NCBI GenBank assembly: GCA_965219455.1 | Contig: OZ244744.1 | Span: forward strand, 4,896,001-4,960,000 | Direction of reading: 5' to 3' | DNA length: 64,000 nucleotides | Source of the DNA: Candidatus Latescibacterota bacterium | GTDB taxonomy: Bacteria > Latescibacterota > UBA2968 > GCA-2709665 | Shown here: positions 39,621 through 49,075 of the stretch, piece by piece | Layout of the letters: each line of letters begins with the position of its first letter | Position numbering within the stretch: the stretch's first letter is position 1 | Program-made: the position numbers and the translations under genes | Notes under the pieces: generated by a model | The model's input: the letters and a program-made list of their open reading frames with translations, nothing else | Databases searched by the model: none | Told to the model about the DNA's origin: nothing

Positions 39621-39936
39621 GTTTTTAACCGATGAGAATGTCTCCAGAGCAGTTGTAATGGGACTACGTCGGAGAGGCGTGGACGTACTGACTGTTGCCG
39701 AAGCCGGGGACCTTGGAGCGTCTGACGAGGTAATTCTTGGAATTGCCCGGGAAACAGAACGAGTCATCTTCACGCAGGATGATGACTTTCTCCGTCTTGC
39801 AGCAACTGTTTCTGACCACCGAGGTATTGTTTACACGTCTCAAGAAAACACGGTTGGTGAGATTATTCGTGGCTTGATGTTGGTCTATCAGGTCTTAGCA
39901 GCAGAAGAGATGGTTGGACATGTTGAATACCTGTAG
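39607..39936 (+). CDS. DUF5615 PIN-like toxin
   Basis: FLTDENV...LRRRGVDV, SDEVIL, RVIFTQDDDF, HRGIVY; overlaps the DUF433 gene. Confidence 0.88.
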   Translation: MATIKFLTDENVSRAVVMGLRRRGVDVLTVAEAGDLGASDEVILGIARETERVIFTQDDDFLRLAATVSDHRGIVYTSQENTVGEIIRGLMLVYQVLAAEEMVGHVEYL

Positions 39937-39990
39937 AATACAAGGAAGTCATGGATAATTCAGCCCCATTGGTTGCCGACGGCGCGCGGG

Positions 39991-40171
39991 CCTGCCCTCT
40001 GCCGCTGACGCCTGGTACCAGTCGGACAGCGTGAGAATCGGCTACGAGATCAGCTTCACCCGGTACTTCTACAAGCCCCAGCCGATGCGGACTCTGAAGG
40101 AGGTCCGAGCTGTCATTCTTGCGCTGGAGAAAGAAAAAGAAGGGTTGTTGGCGGAGATTATCGTGCTATGA
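39991..40171 (+). pseudogene. hsdM: hsdM 3' fragment with its own stop
   Basis: DAWYQSDSVRIGYEISFTRYFYKPQPMRTLKEV...GLLAEIIVL*, homologous to about 47775-47940. Confidence 0.88.
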
Positions 40172-41058
40172 CATCAGACGTACTCGACCACGCCGATCGG
40201 CGCATCCGGCGCTACATCCGCGCCAGGCAGAAGCTGATTGCGCTGTTGGAGGAGCAGAAGCAGGCCATCATCCACCAGGCCGTCACGGGACAGATCGACG
40301 TCCGAACAGGCCGGCCCTACCCGGCCTACAAGGACTCCGGTGTGGAGTGGCTGGGGGAAGTACCGGAGCATTGGCAGATCGCCGCTTTGCACCACAGATA
40401 TTCGCAGTGTCTTGGTAAAATGCTCGACTCCAAACGAATCACCGGCAACTACTCGCTTCCGTATCTGCGAAATGTTGACGTTCAGTGGGATCAGATCAAC
40501 ACTAAAGACCTTCCAACTATGGACATTGCGCCCGACGAGTATGAGCGCTACACCGTTCAACATGGTGACTTGCTGGTATGCGAAGGAGGAGAGATAGGAC
40601 GCTGCGCGCTTTGGTCAGGAGGACTACCCAGATGCGGATTTCAAAAAGCGCTGCACCGTCTCCGGCCACGGAATGCCCGTCAGGATATGCCACGCTTTAT
40701 GTACTATGCCCTTCGTGCCGCCGCGAAAGCCGACGCTTTTAATGATGGACATCTGAGTACTATCGCTCATTTGACTGGTGAAAAGCTGAGAGTACACCAC
40801 TTTCCATCCCGCCAGTAGCGGAGCAAGAGTTGTTAGTGCGTTTTCTTGATGGCGTTGTTGAGTAGATTGACCATACGGTTTCTCGCGTTCACCGCCAAAT
40901 CGACCTCCTCAACGAATGGCGCACCCGCCTGATCGCGGATGTCGTCACCGGCAAGCTAGATGTGCGCGAGGCGGCGGATGAACTGCCTGAGGACGACGTC
41001 CAGGACGATGCCGACGAATCGGAAGCAGAGTACACAAGCGAGCATCCAACGATGTAGG
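40168..41058 (+). pseudogene. hsdS: Half hsdS (conserved region, TRD, C-terminal conserved region)
   Basis: YKDSGVEWLGEVPEHW, TRD, frameshift near 40810, in-frame TAG near 40863, RLIADVVTGKLDVREAA. Confidence 0.88.
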
Positions 41059-41081
41059 GGCGACCCGCCGGTCGCCCCTAC
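41054..41081. repeat. GTAG-type REP palindrome, copy 2
   Basis: GTAGGGGCGACCCGCCGGTCGCCCCTAC (one mismatch to copy 1). Confidence 0.88.
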
Positions 41082-41160
41082 CGGACCTCCCTCGCCGCCG
41101 CAGGTGTTGCCCATCATAGATGCCTATATTGTGCCACACAAAAACTGTGAAGCTGTGACT

Positions 41161-41523
41161 ATGAGAAATATTACCGTATCCGTCGACGAGCAGACACACC
41201 GGCTCGCACGTATCCGTGCGGCGGAGATGGACACATCGGTATCGGCCCTGGTGCGCGACTACCTGAGAGATCTGGCAGCCGAGCCGAATGCGGGGGGCGA
41301 AGCCAGCGCCGAGTCTAGCGAAACCATCTATCAGCGTCGGTGCAGGCTGCTGCGGGAAGTGCTCGCAGACTTCGATAGGCAGGGTATTGGGCTGCGGATG
41401 TCCGATAACCTGCCCAGGGAGGCGTTGTACGACCGCGTCGCTGCAAGGGCCGAGGCTGTCGCCGAGCGCGAGCGGCAGCGCAACATCTCTGAAGCACTCA
41501 GAGTCTCGCCATGCGATTCGTAG
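41161..41523 (+). CDS. Ribbon-helix-helix-type antitoxin, copy A
   Basis: MRNITVSVDE...AAEMDTSVSALVRDYL...REALYDR; upstream of and overlapping PIN. Confidence 0.82.
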   Translation: MRNITVSVDEQTHRLARIRAAEMDTSVSALVRDYLRDLAAEPNAGGEASAESSETIYQRRCRLLREVLADFDRQGIGLRMSDNLPREALYDRVAARAEAVAERERQRNISEALRVSPCDS

Positions 41524-41936
41524 ATACCAATGTCCTGCTGTATGCTGTCAGCGAGGTCTCGGAGGAGGCCGACAAGCGAGCGCGGGCGCTGGAAGTCCTG
41601 ACGGAACCCGACCTCGCCGCGTCAGTTCAGGTGCTGCAGGAGTTCTATTACCAGGCCACCCGGCCGACACGGATCCGCAGTCTTTCCGGCAATCGAGCTT
41701 TGCAATTCCTGGAGCCGATTCTGCTGTTCCGGATTCAGACCATGACGATGGACGTTTTTCTCGAGGCCATCGCCATCAGCCATCGTTTCCGGCTGTCCTA
41801 TTGGGACGGCGCAATTCTCGCCGCGGCCCGCGCCCTGGGTTGCGATGCCGTGTATTCCGAAAATATGAGTACGGAACAGGACTACGATGGCCTCCGGGTC
41901 ATAAACCCGTTCACGGACCAGCAGGCTTCACGGTGA
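41511..41936 (+). CDS. PIN-domain (VapC) toxin, copy A
   Basis: FVDTNVLLY, SVQVLQEF, SYWDGAI, VYSEN, INPF. Confidence 0.92.
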   Translation: MRFVDTNVLLYAVSEVSEEADKRARALEVLTEPDLAASVQVLQEFYYQATRPTRIRSLSGNRALQFLEPILLFRIQTMTMDVFLEAIAISHRFRLSYWDGAILAAARALGCDAVYSENMSTEQDYDGLRVINPFTDQQASR

Positions 41937-42025
41937 ACGCCGACACTTCCGAACGCCTTTAACATGGTAATTGTGACACGAAGAAGATTCACTAAGTTCA
42001 TAATTTATACGAGGTGTTGTGCCAG

Positions 42026-42451
42026 ATGAGCCACTCGACTCCACACTGGAGGTACAGATTCTCCAACTACAAGCGGGCCTTTACGCTGCTGCGGGAGGCG
42101 ATAGAGACGATGAGTGAGTCCGGACTGAGCCAACTTGAAAAGGAAGGAACCATCCAGAGGTTCGAATACACGATGGAACTTGCGTGGAATGTCATGAAAG
42201 ACTATTTGGAGCACGAGGGCGTCGTCTTTGACCAAACCACCCCGAGGAACGTCATCAGAAAGGCCTTCGAGACCAACCTAACCAGGCACGGGAGGGTATG
42301 GATGGACGCACTCGATGCTCGAAACAAGATGTCCCACACCTACAATTTCCAGCAATTTGAAGAGGTAATAGAGAATATCCGCAGCCGATATCTTGCCGCT
42401 ATGGAAGACCTTCACCTGGTTCTTTTGGAGAAGGAGGCGGACACTGACTGA
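42026..42451 (+). CDS. HEPN / nucleotidyltransferase substrate-binding protein (HI0074 family), copy A
   Basis: IQRFEYTMELAW, RNKMSHTY (R-X4-H). Confidence 0.9.
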   Translation: MSHSTPHWRYRFSNYKRAFTLLREAIETMSESGLSQLEKEGTIQRFEYTMELAWNVMKDYLEHEGVVFDQTTPRNVIRKAFETNLTRHGRVWMDALDARNKMSHTYNFQQFEEVIENIRSRYLAAMEDLHLVLLEKEADTD

Positions 42452-42785
42452 CCACGGACTTTTCGATGAGGAGCTCGAGACGATTCGGGCCGTTTTGGCC
42501 AACTTCGCCGATGAGATCACACAGGTTGACCTGTTCGGATCAAGGGCCACGGGAAACTACCGAGGGAATTCCGATGTTGATCTTGTAGTTCACGGAGATG
42601 TCAAGGATACCACCATCGACAGACTGTGGACTTTGTTCAACGAGAGCAATCTGCCCTTCTCGGTTGATGTTGCCAGCTATGAAAGCATGACACATCGCCC
42701 CCTGAAGGAGCATGTCGACGCTGTTGGGCAATGCCTGTTTTCGGCTCAGGAGATCCGGAAAGGCAAGAAAACGCGGGGCACATAG
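42444..42785 (+). CDS. Minimal nucleotidyltransferase (MNT), copy A
   Basis: LFGSRATGNYRGNSDVDL; RBS AAGGAGG; start is CTG here and TTG in copy B. Confidence 0.85.
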   Translation: MTDHGLFDEELETIRAVLANFADEITQVDLFGSRATGNYRGNSDVDLVVHGDVKDTTIDRLWTLFNESNLPFSVDVASYESMTHRPLKEHVDAVGQCLFSAQEIRKGKKTRGT

Positions 42786-42902
42786 ACGCACCAAAGCGCG
42801 TTCCAGTTACCCTCTTTGGTGCCGATGACTCATGGTTTCCGAGTGCTTGAGATCGGGTATTGACGCAGTCCTGAAGAGTGCCTTCGGCAGGATTGAAGTT
42901 GA

Positions 42903-43475
42903 ATGACCACCACAGACACCACCGAACGCGGGCTTGAACGCCTGATTTGCACCGCCCTGACGGGCCAGGACGGTCCCGCGCGGCGCGGTTTCCTGACCCG
43001 GCTCCAGGGCGAAGTCAGCAAACGCGGAACCATCGACGTACTGCGCAACGGGATCAAGCACCAGGCAATGCAAAAGATCATGCTGGCGGACGAGGATGCC
43101 GAGATCGATCCGGTACCCACGGCCGGCGGGGAGCATCACCCTGAACCGGAATTGGATCGGCTCTCCAACATACTCCGAGTCTTCAACGAATACTTTGGTG
43201 ACATTGAATGGGAAGATGAAGACCGCGTGCGGCAACTCATCATAGAGACGATTCCGGCCCGCGTCGCCGCCGATACAGCGTTCCGGAACGCACGGGAGAA
43301 CTCCGACCGGCAGAATGCCCGGATCGAGCACGACAAGGCGCTTGTGCGGGTGATGACCGGAGTGATGCGTGACGACACCGAACTGTTCAAACTGTACATG
43401 GATAACCCGGGCCTCAATCGCTGGATGGCCGATACCGTGTTCAGCCTTGCCTACGAGCCGACTGTCGCGCCTTAA
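42903..43475 (+). pseudogene. hsdR: Internally deleted hsdR (in-frame N-terminal and C-terminal pieces)
   Basis: Three blocks homologous to about 56690-56755, 56939-57030 and 59290-59690; nuclease and helicase motifs absent. Confidence 0.88.
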
Positions 43476-43759
43476 CTCACGACTGCGTGAACCGAGGCAA
43501 CGACTCGGTGACGTCGGGCGTTAAAGATATCGGAACGTAGAAGTAGTCATTTCCTGTCGATTATTGGAAGTTAAGACCACGTATCGTGCCGAGATACCCC
43601 TTTCGTTCGACCATTCTTAGCTGTGTTCTTCTTGCACTTCGACTTTGGAGCAAGGAACCGATACGGACGTTGATCCCGCTGTCGCAGAAATCGTGAAATG
43701 GTTGTAAGTGGCCAAAACTTCCGAGAATGCGTATAGTATGTAAAACGTAGGGGATTTCA

Positions 43760-43978
43760 ATGCACAGGTTAACAAAGAAGGAACGTCGAGCATACATCCA
43801 TAGACGATGCTATGAACTAGCACGGACCGGGAATTTTACTAAATGGATTGAGATTGAGCTTCATCTTCGTATTGAAGAAGATTTGCCCGAAGCACGTCAA
43901 GAACTTGATAAGCCATACCTACGAAAGCAACTTGACGAGATTTGTGAGGAACACAGGAAAAAGGATCAGGATAAATGA
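43760..43978 (+). CDS. Small hypothetical protein, low GC
   Basis: 72-aa helical ORF with GGGG RBS-like sequence and AT-rich upstream region. Confidence 0.6.
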   Translation: MHRLTKKERRAYIHRRCYELARTGNFTKWIEIELHLRIEEDLPEARQELDKPYLRKQLDEICEEHRKKDQDK

Positions 43979-44113
43979 CCAATTCACATTAGCAAACTGC
44001 CCAGGGTGACAAACCTTTATAAGCCAACAATAAACCACCTGCCTTATATTCTGTATCAGTTCTCCAGATGCCTCCCTCGGTAAGGCTGGAATCTGTACAG
44101 GCGGATAACGTCA

Positions 44114-44570
44114 ATGCCCTTGACTGATGTTGAATTTGCTTCCATCCTGAACGACAATACTAAGCGAATCGCAGATGACGTTATCTGGACCGAGGACGAG
44201 GATCACTCCCCGGCGTTGGAATTCCGCGTAGACGTCACGTCGGAGAGTGGTTGGCCGTTGTTTGTAAAGGGACGTTTTAACTCGGCTGCTCGAACGTTAA
44301 ATTATGCGCTCATTTTGACGACGGAAGGCCGCATATATGGTCTCGACCTTGGAAAGGATCATCACAATCCACAGTGTGATCAGGTCAGGAAAAATACAAG
44401 CATACGTGGTCAGAACGTTACAGCGATAAAGAAGCATATGTGCCCGACGACATAGATGCACCTCTTTTGGATCCGGTGTCAGTTTGGACAGAGTTCTGCG
44501 TTGAAGCAGGCATTCAACATGATGGCATAATGAATGAGCCGCCCGCTATTCAGGTGGAGCTTTGTAATGG
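44114..44570 (+). pseudogene. Frameshifted hypothetical gene (DUF6978-like)
   Basis: HHNP then a frameshift near 44388; KHTWSERYSDKEAYVPDDI...FCVEAGI continues in another frame. Confidence 0.55.
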
Positions 44571-45346
44571 ACAGCGAAGAATTGTGTCGGAACTTGGAGA
44601 CGGAAATCGGAACCTTGTTCACGTGTTCTGAACAAGGTGAGTATCAGCGAATTCGCACTCCTTATCTATATCCGGATGGCGACAATATCGATCTCTTCTG
44701 TAAGGCGGCCGGTGACGTCATGACGGTAACCGACCTTGCGGAGACCACAGGTTGGCTGCGCATGCAGTCGCCATCTCTACGTCGTTCGCCGAAGCAGAGA
44801 CGGCTTATAGAAGATGCCTGTGTGACGCATGGTATCGAGTTTTACCGCGGGATGCTTCAGGCGCGATGTCGTCAGAGTGATCAGTTGGCGAATGTCGTTA
44901 CACGAGTTGCTCAGGCTGCACTTCGGGTATCCGACCTGTGGTTCACTTTCCGAACTCAGTCGGTCCAATCCATCACGGATGAAGTAGCGGATTTTCTCTC
45001 GGAGCGTGAGTTGGGCTTCGAGCGTTCCGAAAGGCTTGCCGGCCGATCAGGACGCGGTTGGACGGTCGATTTCCACGTCAGGGCGAAGTTTAGAAGCTCG
45101 TTGGTACAGGTGCTTAGCACTGGGAATCGCGCGGCAGGGCACAGAGTCTCCGAGCACGTGTTGGCCGCTTGGCATGATCTGAATCACCTTGCGGTGGGAC
45201 CGGAAGCGTTGACTTTCGTCTCCCTGTTCGATGATACCGCGGATGTCTGGGCAGATGAGGATTTTCGGCTCGTCGAGCCGTTATCCCTGGTTTCTCGCTG
45301 GTCGAGGCCGGATGAGTTTGCCACTGTTGTCAGTGGAGCGGCGTGA
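44567..45346 (+). CDS. DUF1828/DUF1829-like protein
   Basis: IRTPYLYPDGDNID, VTDLAET, GRSGRGWTVDF; RBS GGAG. Confidence 0.72.
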   Translation: MDSEELCRNLETEIGTLFTCSEQGEYQRIRTPYLYPDGDNIDLFCKAAGDVMTVTDLAETTGWLRMQSPSLRRSPKQRRLIEDACVTHGIEFYRGMLQARCRQSDQLANVVTRVAQAALRVSDLWFTFRTQSVQSITDEVADFLSERELGFERSERLAGRSGRGWTVDFHVRAKFRSSLVQVLSTGNRAAGHRVSEHVLAAWHDLNHLAVGPEALTFVSLFDDTADVWADEDFRLVEPLSLVSRWSRPDEFATVVSGAA

Positions 45347-45571
45347 GAAATGCCATAACTCCGCGCAAGGGCTTGGAAGCCTAACCCGCAGGGCCCTGTT
45401 AGGCCGTTCGTGTTAGCCACGTAAGATATGCGACGCTTTGCTACACAGTGTATGGTCGCTACAAAAATGCCAGCAACTGTTTAATTTCCTCTTTAATAGG
45501 ATTCGTAGACCGTATTTCCTGGATACCACTAAGTGATGAGACCACTTCCACTACGAGTCTCATGTAAAATA

Positions 45572-45738
45572 TCGGCGGGAGCGGGCGCGGATTCAAGCTG
45601 GGACCGCCTATTGCCGATTCTCTGAGCGACGTGATCCTCGGCCGGACGCCCGCGTTCGATCTGCACCCGTTCCGCCCCAGCCGGTTTCTGGAGGGCGAAC
45701 AGTTCTCGTCCGCGTGGGGGGGAGGTAACCGGGGGTGA
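45572..45738 (+). pseudogene. Duplicated 3' end of the FAD oxidoreductase gene
   Basis: Homologous to 37490-37656, with substitutions. Confidence 0.9.
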
Positions 45739-45917
45739 GGCGAGCGGAGATCATCTTTAAGGTAACCGAGGCGATCGAAGGCGGATACGATGCCAGAGCG
45801 CCTTGCTGTGACATCTTCACCCAGCGGGACGACCTCAAGGCCTACGGTCCAAGATGCGGTGCGATGTTATTTCGACGAAGGCGGCGCCCGAGGGGTGATT
45901 CGCCTTCATCTCGTTAG
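45735..45917 (+). pseudogene. Degenerate hicB-like copy
   Basis: EIIFKVTEAIEGGYDARA then frameshifts; homologous to 38520-38732. Confidence 0.75.
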
Positions 45918-45948
45918 AGAAGAGGCCAACCAGGTGTTTTGATCACCC

Positions 45949-45976
45949 GTAGGGGCGACCGGCCGGTCGCCCCTAC
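45949..45976. repeat. GTAG-type REP palindrome, copy 3
   Basis: Perfect 28-bp palindrome 11 bp before the hsdM ATG. Confidence 0.9.
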
Positions 45977-45987
45977 AAGGAATCCCG

Positions 45988-48432
45988 ATGACAAGCAACG
46001 CCAACCTGAATTGGATCGCGAATTATATTTGGGGAATCGCAGACGACGTGCTGCGCGATCTGTACGTTCGCGGCAAGTACCGCGACGTGATCCTGCCGAT
46101 GACCGTTCTGCGACGGCTCGACGCGGTGCTGGAGGATAGCAAGCAGGCGGTCCTGGACATGCAGGCTTCACTCGACAAAATCGGCTTGGTCGACCAACAC
46201 GAACCCCTGCGTCAGGCGGCGGGACAGGACTTTTACAATACCTCCAGGTTCACGCTGCGCGACCTGCGCGCGCGCGCCAATCGCCAGCAGCTCGAGGCCG
46301 ACTTCCGGGCCTGGCTGGACGGGTTCTCGCCCAACGTCCAGGACATCCTCGAAAACTTCGAGTTCCGCAACCAGGTTTCGCGGTTGTCCAGGGCCGATGC
46401 CCTGGGCACGCTGATCGAAAAACTCACCTCGCCCGACATCAACCTGAGCCCAGCCCCGGTGCGCAACGCCGACGGCTCGGTCAGGCACCCCGGCCTCGAC
46501 AACCACGGTATGGGGACGATCTTCGAAGAGTTGATCCGGCGCTTCAACGAGGAGAACAACGAGGAGGCGGGCGAGCATTGGACCCCGCGCGACGCCGTGA
46601 CCCTGATGGCGAAGCTGGTCTTCCTGCCCGTCGCCGACCGGATCAAGTCCGGCACCTACCTGATCTACGACGGAGCCTGCGGCACCGGCGGCATGTTGAC
46701 CGTGGCCGAGGACGTGCTTCAGTTGCTCGCCGCCGAGCGCGGCAAGCAGGTCTCCACCCACCTCTATGGCCAGGAGATCAATGCGGAGACGTACGCCATC
46801 TGCAAGGCCGACCTGTTGCTGAAGGGTGAAGGGGACGCCGCCGACAACATTGTGGGGGGCCCGGAGCACTCCACCCTGTCCAACGACGCCTTCCCGTCCC
46901 GCGAGTTCGACTTCATGCTCTCCAATCCGCCCTACGGCAAGAGCTGGAAGACCGATCTGGAGCGCATGGGCGGCAAGAAGGAGATGCGGGATCCGCGCTT
47001 TGTGATCGAGCACGCGGGCGATCCCGAATATTCCCTGGTCACCCGCTCCAGCGACGGCCAGATGCTCTTTCTCGCCAACAAGCTCTCCAAGATGAAGGAG
47101 GGCGGGAGCCGCATCGCCGAGGTACACAACGGCAGTTCCTTGTTCACCGGAGACGCCGGCCAGGGCGAGAGCAACATCCGGCGTTGGATCATCGAAAACG
47201 ACTGGCTGGAGGCGATCGTCGCCCTGCCGCTCAACATGTTCTACAACACCGGGATCGCCACTTACGTCTGGGTGCTAACCAACCGCAAGCCAGAGCATCG
47301 CAAGGGCAAGGTGCAGTTGATCGACGCCACCGGGTGGTACCGCCCGCTGCGCAAGAATCTGGGCAAGAAAAATTGCGAGCTCGGCGAAGAGGACAATCAG
47401 CGTATCTGCGACACCTTCCTCGCCTTTGAGGAAAGCGAGCAGAGCAAGATCTTCGACAACGCCGCCTTCGGCTACTGGAAGGTGACGGTCGAGCGTCCGT
47501 TGCGGCTCGAAGGGATTGACCCCAATCGCGCCTACAAGGCCGCCGAAATTAAGAAACTGAAAGAGAGTAGTGAGCGCAACGAAACCGCGCCGCCCGTCAT
47601 CAAGAAGATCCACAAGAAAGGCACCGAGGCTGACCCACTGCGCGGCCGGTTCGAGGTCACTATCAACGGCAGGCCTGCGGTGGTCGAATACGAACCGGAC
47701 ACCGATCTGCGCGACACAGAACAGATTCCGCTCCAGGAAGAGGGCGCCATCGAAGCCTTCCTCCGGCGAGAGGTCCTGCCCTATGCCGCTGACGCGTGGT
47801 ACCAACCGGACAGCGTGAAGATCGGCTACGAGATCAGCTTCACGCGATATTTCTACAAACCTCAGCCTATGCGGACCTTGGAGGAGATCCGGGCGGACAT
47901 CCTGGCGCTGGAACAAGAAACCGTCGGATTGCTCGACGATCTGCCGATGGTGCGCGAACCGTCGGTTGTGTACGGCAAGCCGCGCATCTACGTGGATACC
48001 TCGGTGATCGGCGGGTGTCTGGACGAGGAGTTTCGCGAACCCTCATGCCGGTTGATCGAGAAGTGCGCTCGTGGAGAGATGACGCTGGTGGTGTCGTCGG
48101 TCACGTTGGAGGAACTGGAAGCCGCGCCGCGAGCCGTCCGCAATGTACTGCGGTCCATCCCTCTCGAGAACCTGGAGAGAGTCGAAGTGACGGAAGAAGT
48201 GCAGAATCTGGCGGATCGGTATATTGAGAGCAGCGCGCTCGCGGAGCCGATGCGCACAGATGCCGAGCACATCGCCGCCGCCACCGTGGCCGGCGTGGAC
48301 GTGCTAGCGAGCTGGAACTTCCGGCACATGGTGAACCTGTGGCGAATCAGGATGTACAACGCGGTGAACCGGCGCATGGGATACCCCCCGGTGGACATGC
48401 GCAGCCCAAAGGAGCTTGTAAATGAAGAATAG
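45988..48432 (+). CDS. hsdM: Type I RM methyltransferase HsdM with in-frame C-terminal PIN domain
   Basis: AGEHWTPR, YDGACGTGGML, NPPY, MFYNTGIATY; then IYVDTSV...DAEHIAAA...SWNFRHMVN PIN domain. Confidence 0.93.
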   Translation: MTSNANLNWIANYIWGIADDVLRDLYVRGKYRDVILPMTVLRRLDAVLEDSKQAVLDMQASLDKIGLVDQHEPLRQAAGQDFYNTSRFTLRDLRARANRQQLEADFRAWLDGFSPNVQDILENFEFRNQVSRLSRADALGTLIEKLTSPDINLSPAPVRNADGSVRHPGLDNHGMGTIFEELIRRFNEENNEEAGEHWTPRDAVTLMAKLVFLPVADRIKSGTYLIYDGACGTGGMLTVAEDVLQLLAAERGKQVSTHLYGQEINAETYAICKADLLLKGEGDAADNIVGGPEHSTLSNDAFPSREFDFMLSNPPYGKSWKTDLERMGGKKEMRDPRFVIEHAGDPEYSLVTRSSDGQMLFLANKLSKMKEGGSRIAEVHNGSSLFTGDAGQGESNIRRWIIENDWLEAIVALPLNMFYNTGIATYVWVLTNRKPEHRKGKVQLIDATGWYRPLRKNLGKKNCELGEEDNQRICDTFLAFEESEQSKIFDNAAFGYWKVTVERPLRLEGIDPNRAYKAAEIKKLKESSERNETAPPVIKKIHKKGTEADPLRGRFEVTINGRPAVVEYEPDTDLRDTEQIPLQEEGAIEAFLRREVLPYAADAWYQPDSVKIGYEISFTRYFYKPQPMRTLEEIRADILALEQETVGLLDDLPMVREPSVVYGKPRIYVDTSVIGGCLDEEFREPSCRLIEKCARGEMTLVVSSVTLEELEAAPRAVRNVLRSIPLENLERVEVTEEVQNLADRYIESSALAEPMRTDAEHIAAATVAGVDVLASWNFRHMVNLWRIRMYNAVNRRMGYPPVDMRSPKELVNEE

Positions 48433-48658
48433 TGAGAGCAGCGCAAAGGCTTTCGACTGCGTAAAGTGGACGCGCGAGATCCGGGACCGGATCAACGCGA
48501 AACTGGAGGGGATGTCCCCGGAAGAGCGGCGTCGGCGGCTCAATGCGGCTGTCCGCAAGGATCCCTACTTTGCTCGCATTCCGAAGTCCCGGGTTGTGCG
48601 ACCTTGGCAGGACGATGGGGCAAGCGACGGCGGCCGATCCGGCGCCGAGGGCGATTGA
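48422..48658 (+). CDS. Putative antitoxin of the fused PIN
   Basis: KAFDCVKWTREIRDRI...MSPEE; overlaps the PIN stop, RBS AAGGAG. Confidence 0.68.
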   Translation: MKNSESSAKAFDCVKWTREIRDRINAKLEGMSPEERRRRLNAAVRKDPYFARIPKSRVVRPWQDDGASDGGRSGAEGD

Positions 48659-48692
48659 TGATGAAGATCGGGAAGGGAACGAAGGCTCTCGG

Positions 48693-48816
48693 CGCAAGCT
48701 GGAACTTCAGGCACATGGTGAACTGGCGGCGCATTAGAGTGTACAACGAGGTCAATCGTCAAAATGGATACCCCGCTATTGACATTCGCACGCCGGAGGA
48801 AATCGTCCATGATTGA
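48693..48816 (+). pseudogene. Second PIN C-terminal fragment
   Basis: ASWNFRHMVNWRRIRVYNEVN...YPAIDIRTPEEI, homologous to 48307-48432. Confidence 0.8.
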
Positions 48817-49024
48817 AGACCCCCGCCACAAAAAGAATTTCGACTGTGTAGAATTCATGCGCCTGGCCCGCGCCCGCATTACCGCCGAAACCGCCGACAT
48901 GACTGCTGACGAACGGATAGCGTGGTTCAATTCCAGGCGGTATTCGGACCCCGTGCTGGAAGCATTGGCCGCGCGGATACGCAAATCGACGCAGGACAGG
49001 CCAACAGATCGTCGCGACGGCTGA
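48809..49024 (+). CDS. Second putative antitoxin (FDCV-type)
   Basis: KKNFDCVEFMRLARARI...MTADE; RBS GGAGG. Confidence 0.65.
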   Translation: MIEDPRHKKNFDCVEFMRLARARITAETADMTADERIAWFNSRRYSDPVLEALAARIRKSTQDRPTDRRDG

Positions 49025-49075
49025 CCCGAAGGGAAACTAAAGCGCAAGGGCGAGCGATGCCCTGCAATATGGACG

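Larger units (their letters stand above)
37490..45571 (+). other. Copy A: degenerate duplicate of the type I RM/TA locus
   Basis: Collinear homologous blocks with 45572-59700 (oxidoreductase 3' end, hicB remnant, REP, hsdM, hsdS, PIN TA, HEPN/MNT, hsdR), with many substitutions and internal deletions. Confidence 0.88.

Noticed and set aside
40960-41160. N-terminal extension of antitoxin copy A
   Set aside because: Translates the hsdS remnant and a REP; copy B starts at the RNITV equivalent
45353-45418. attC-like motifs (GCCTAAC...GTTAGGC, CCATAAC...GTTAGCC) after the DUF1828-like gene
   Set aside because: The perfect pair is only 12 bp apart, the wider pair lacks convincing inner pairing, and no integron integrase is present; an IntegronFinder hit would reopen this
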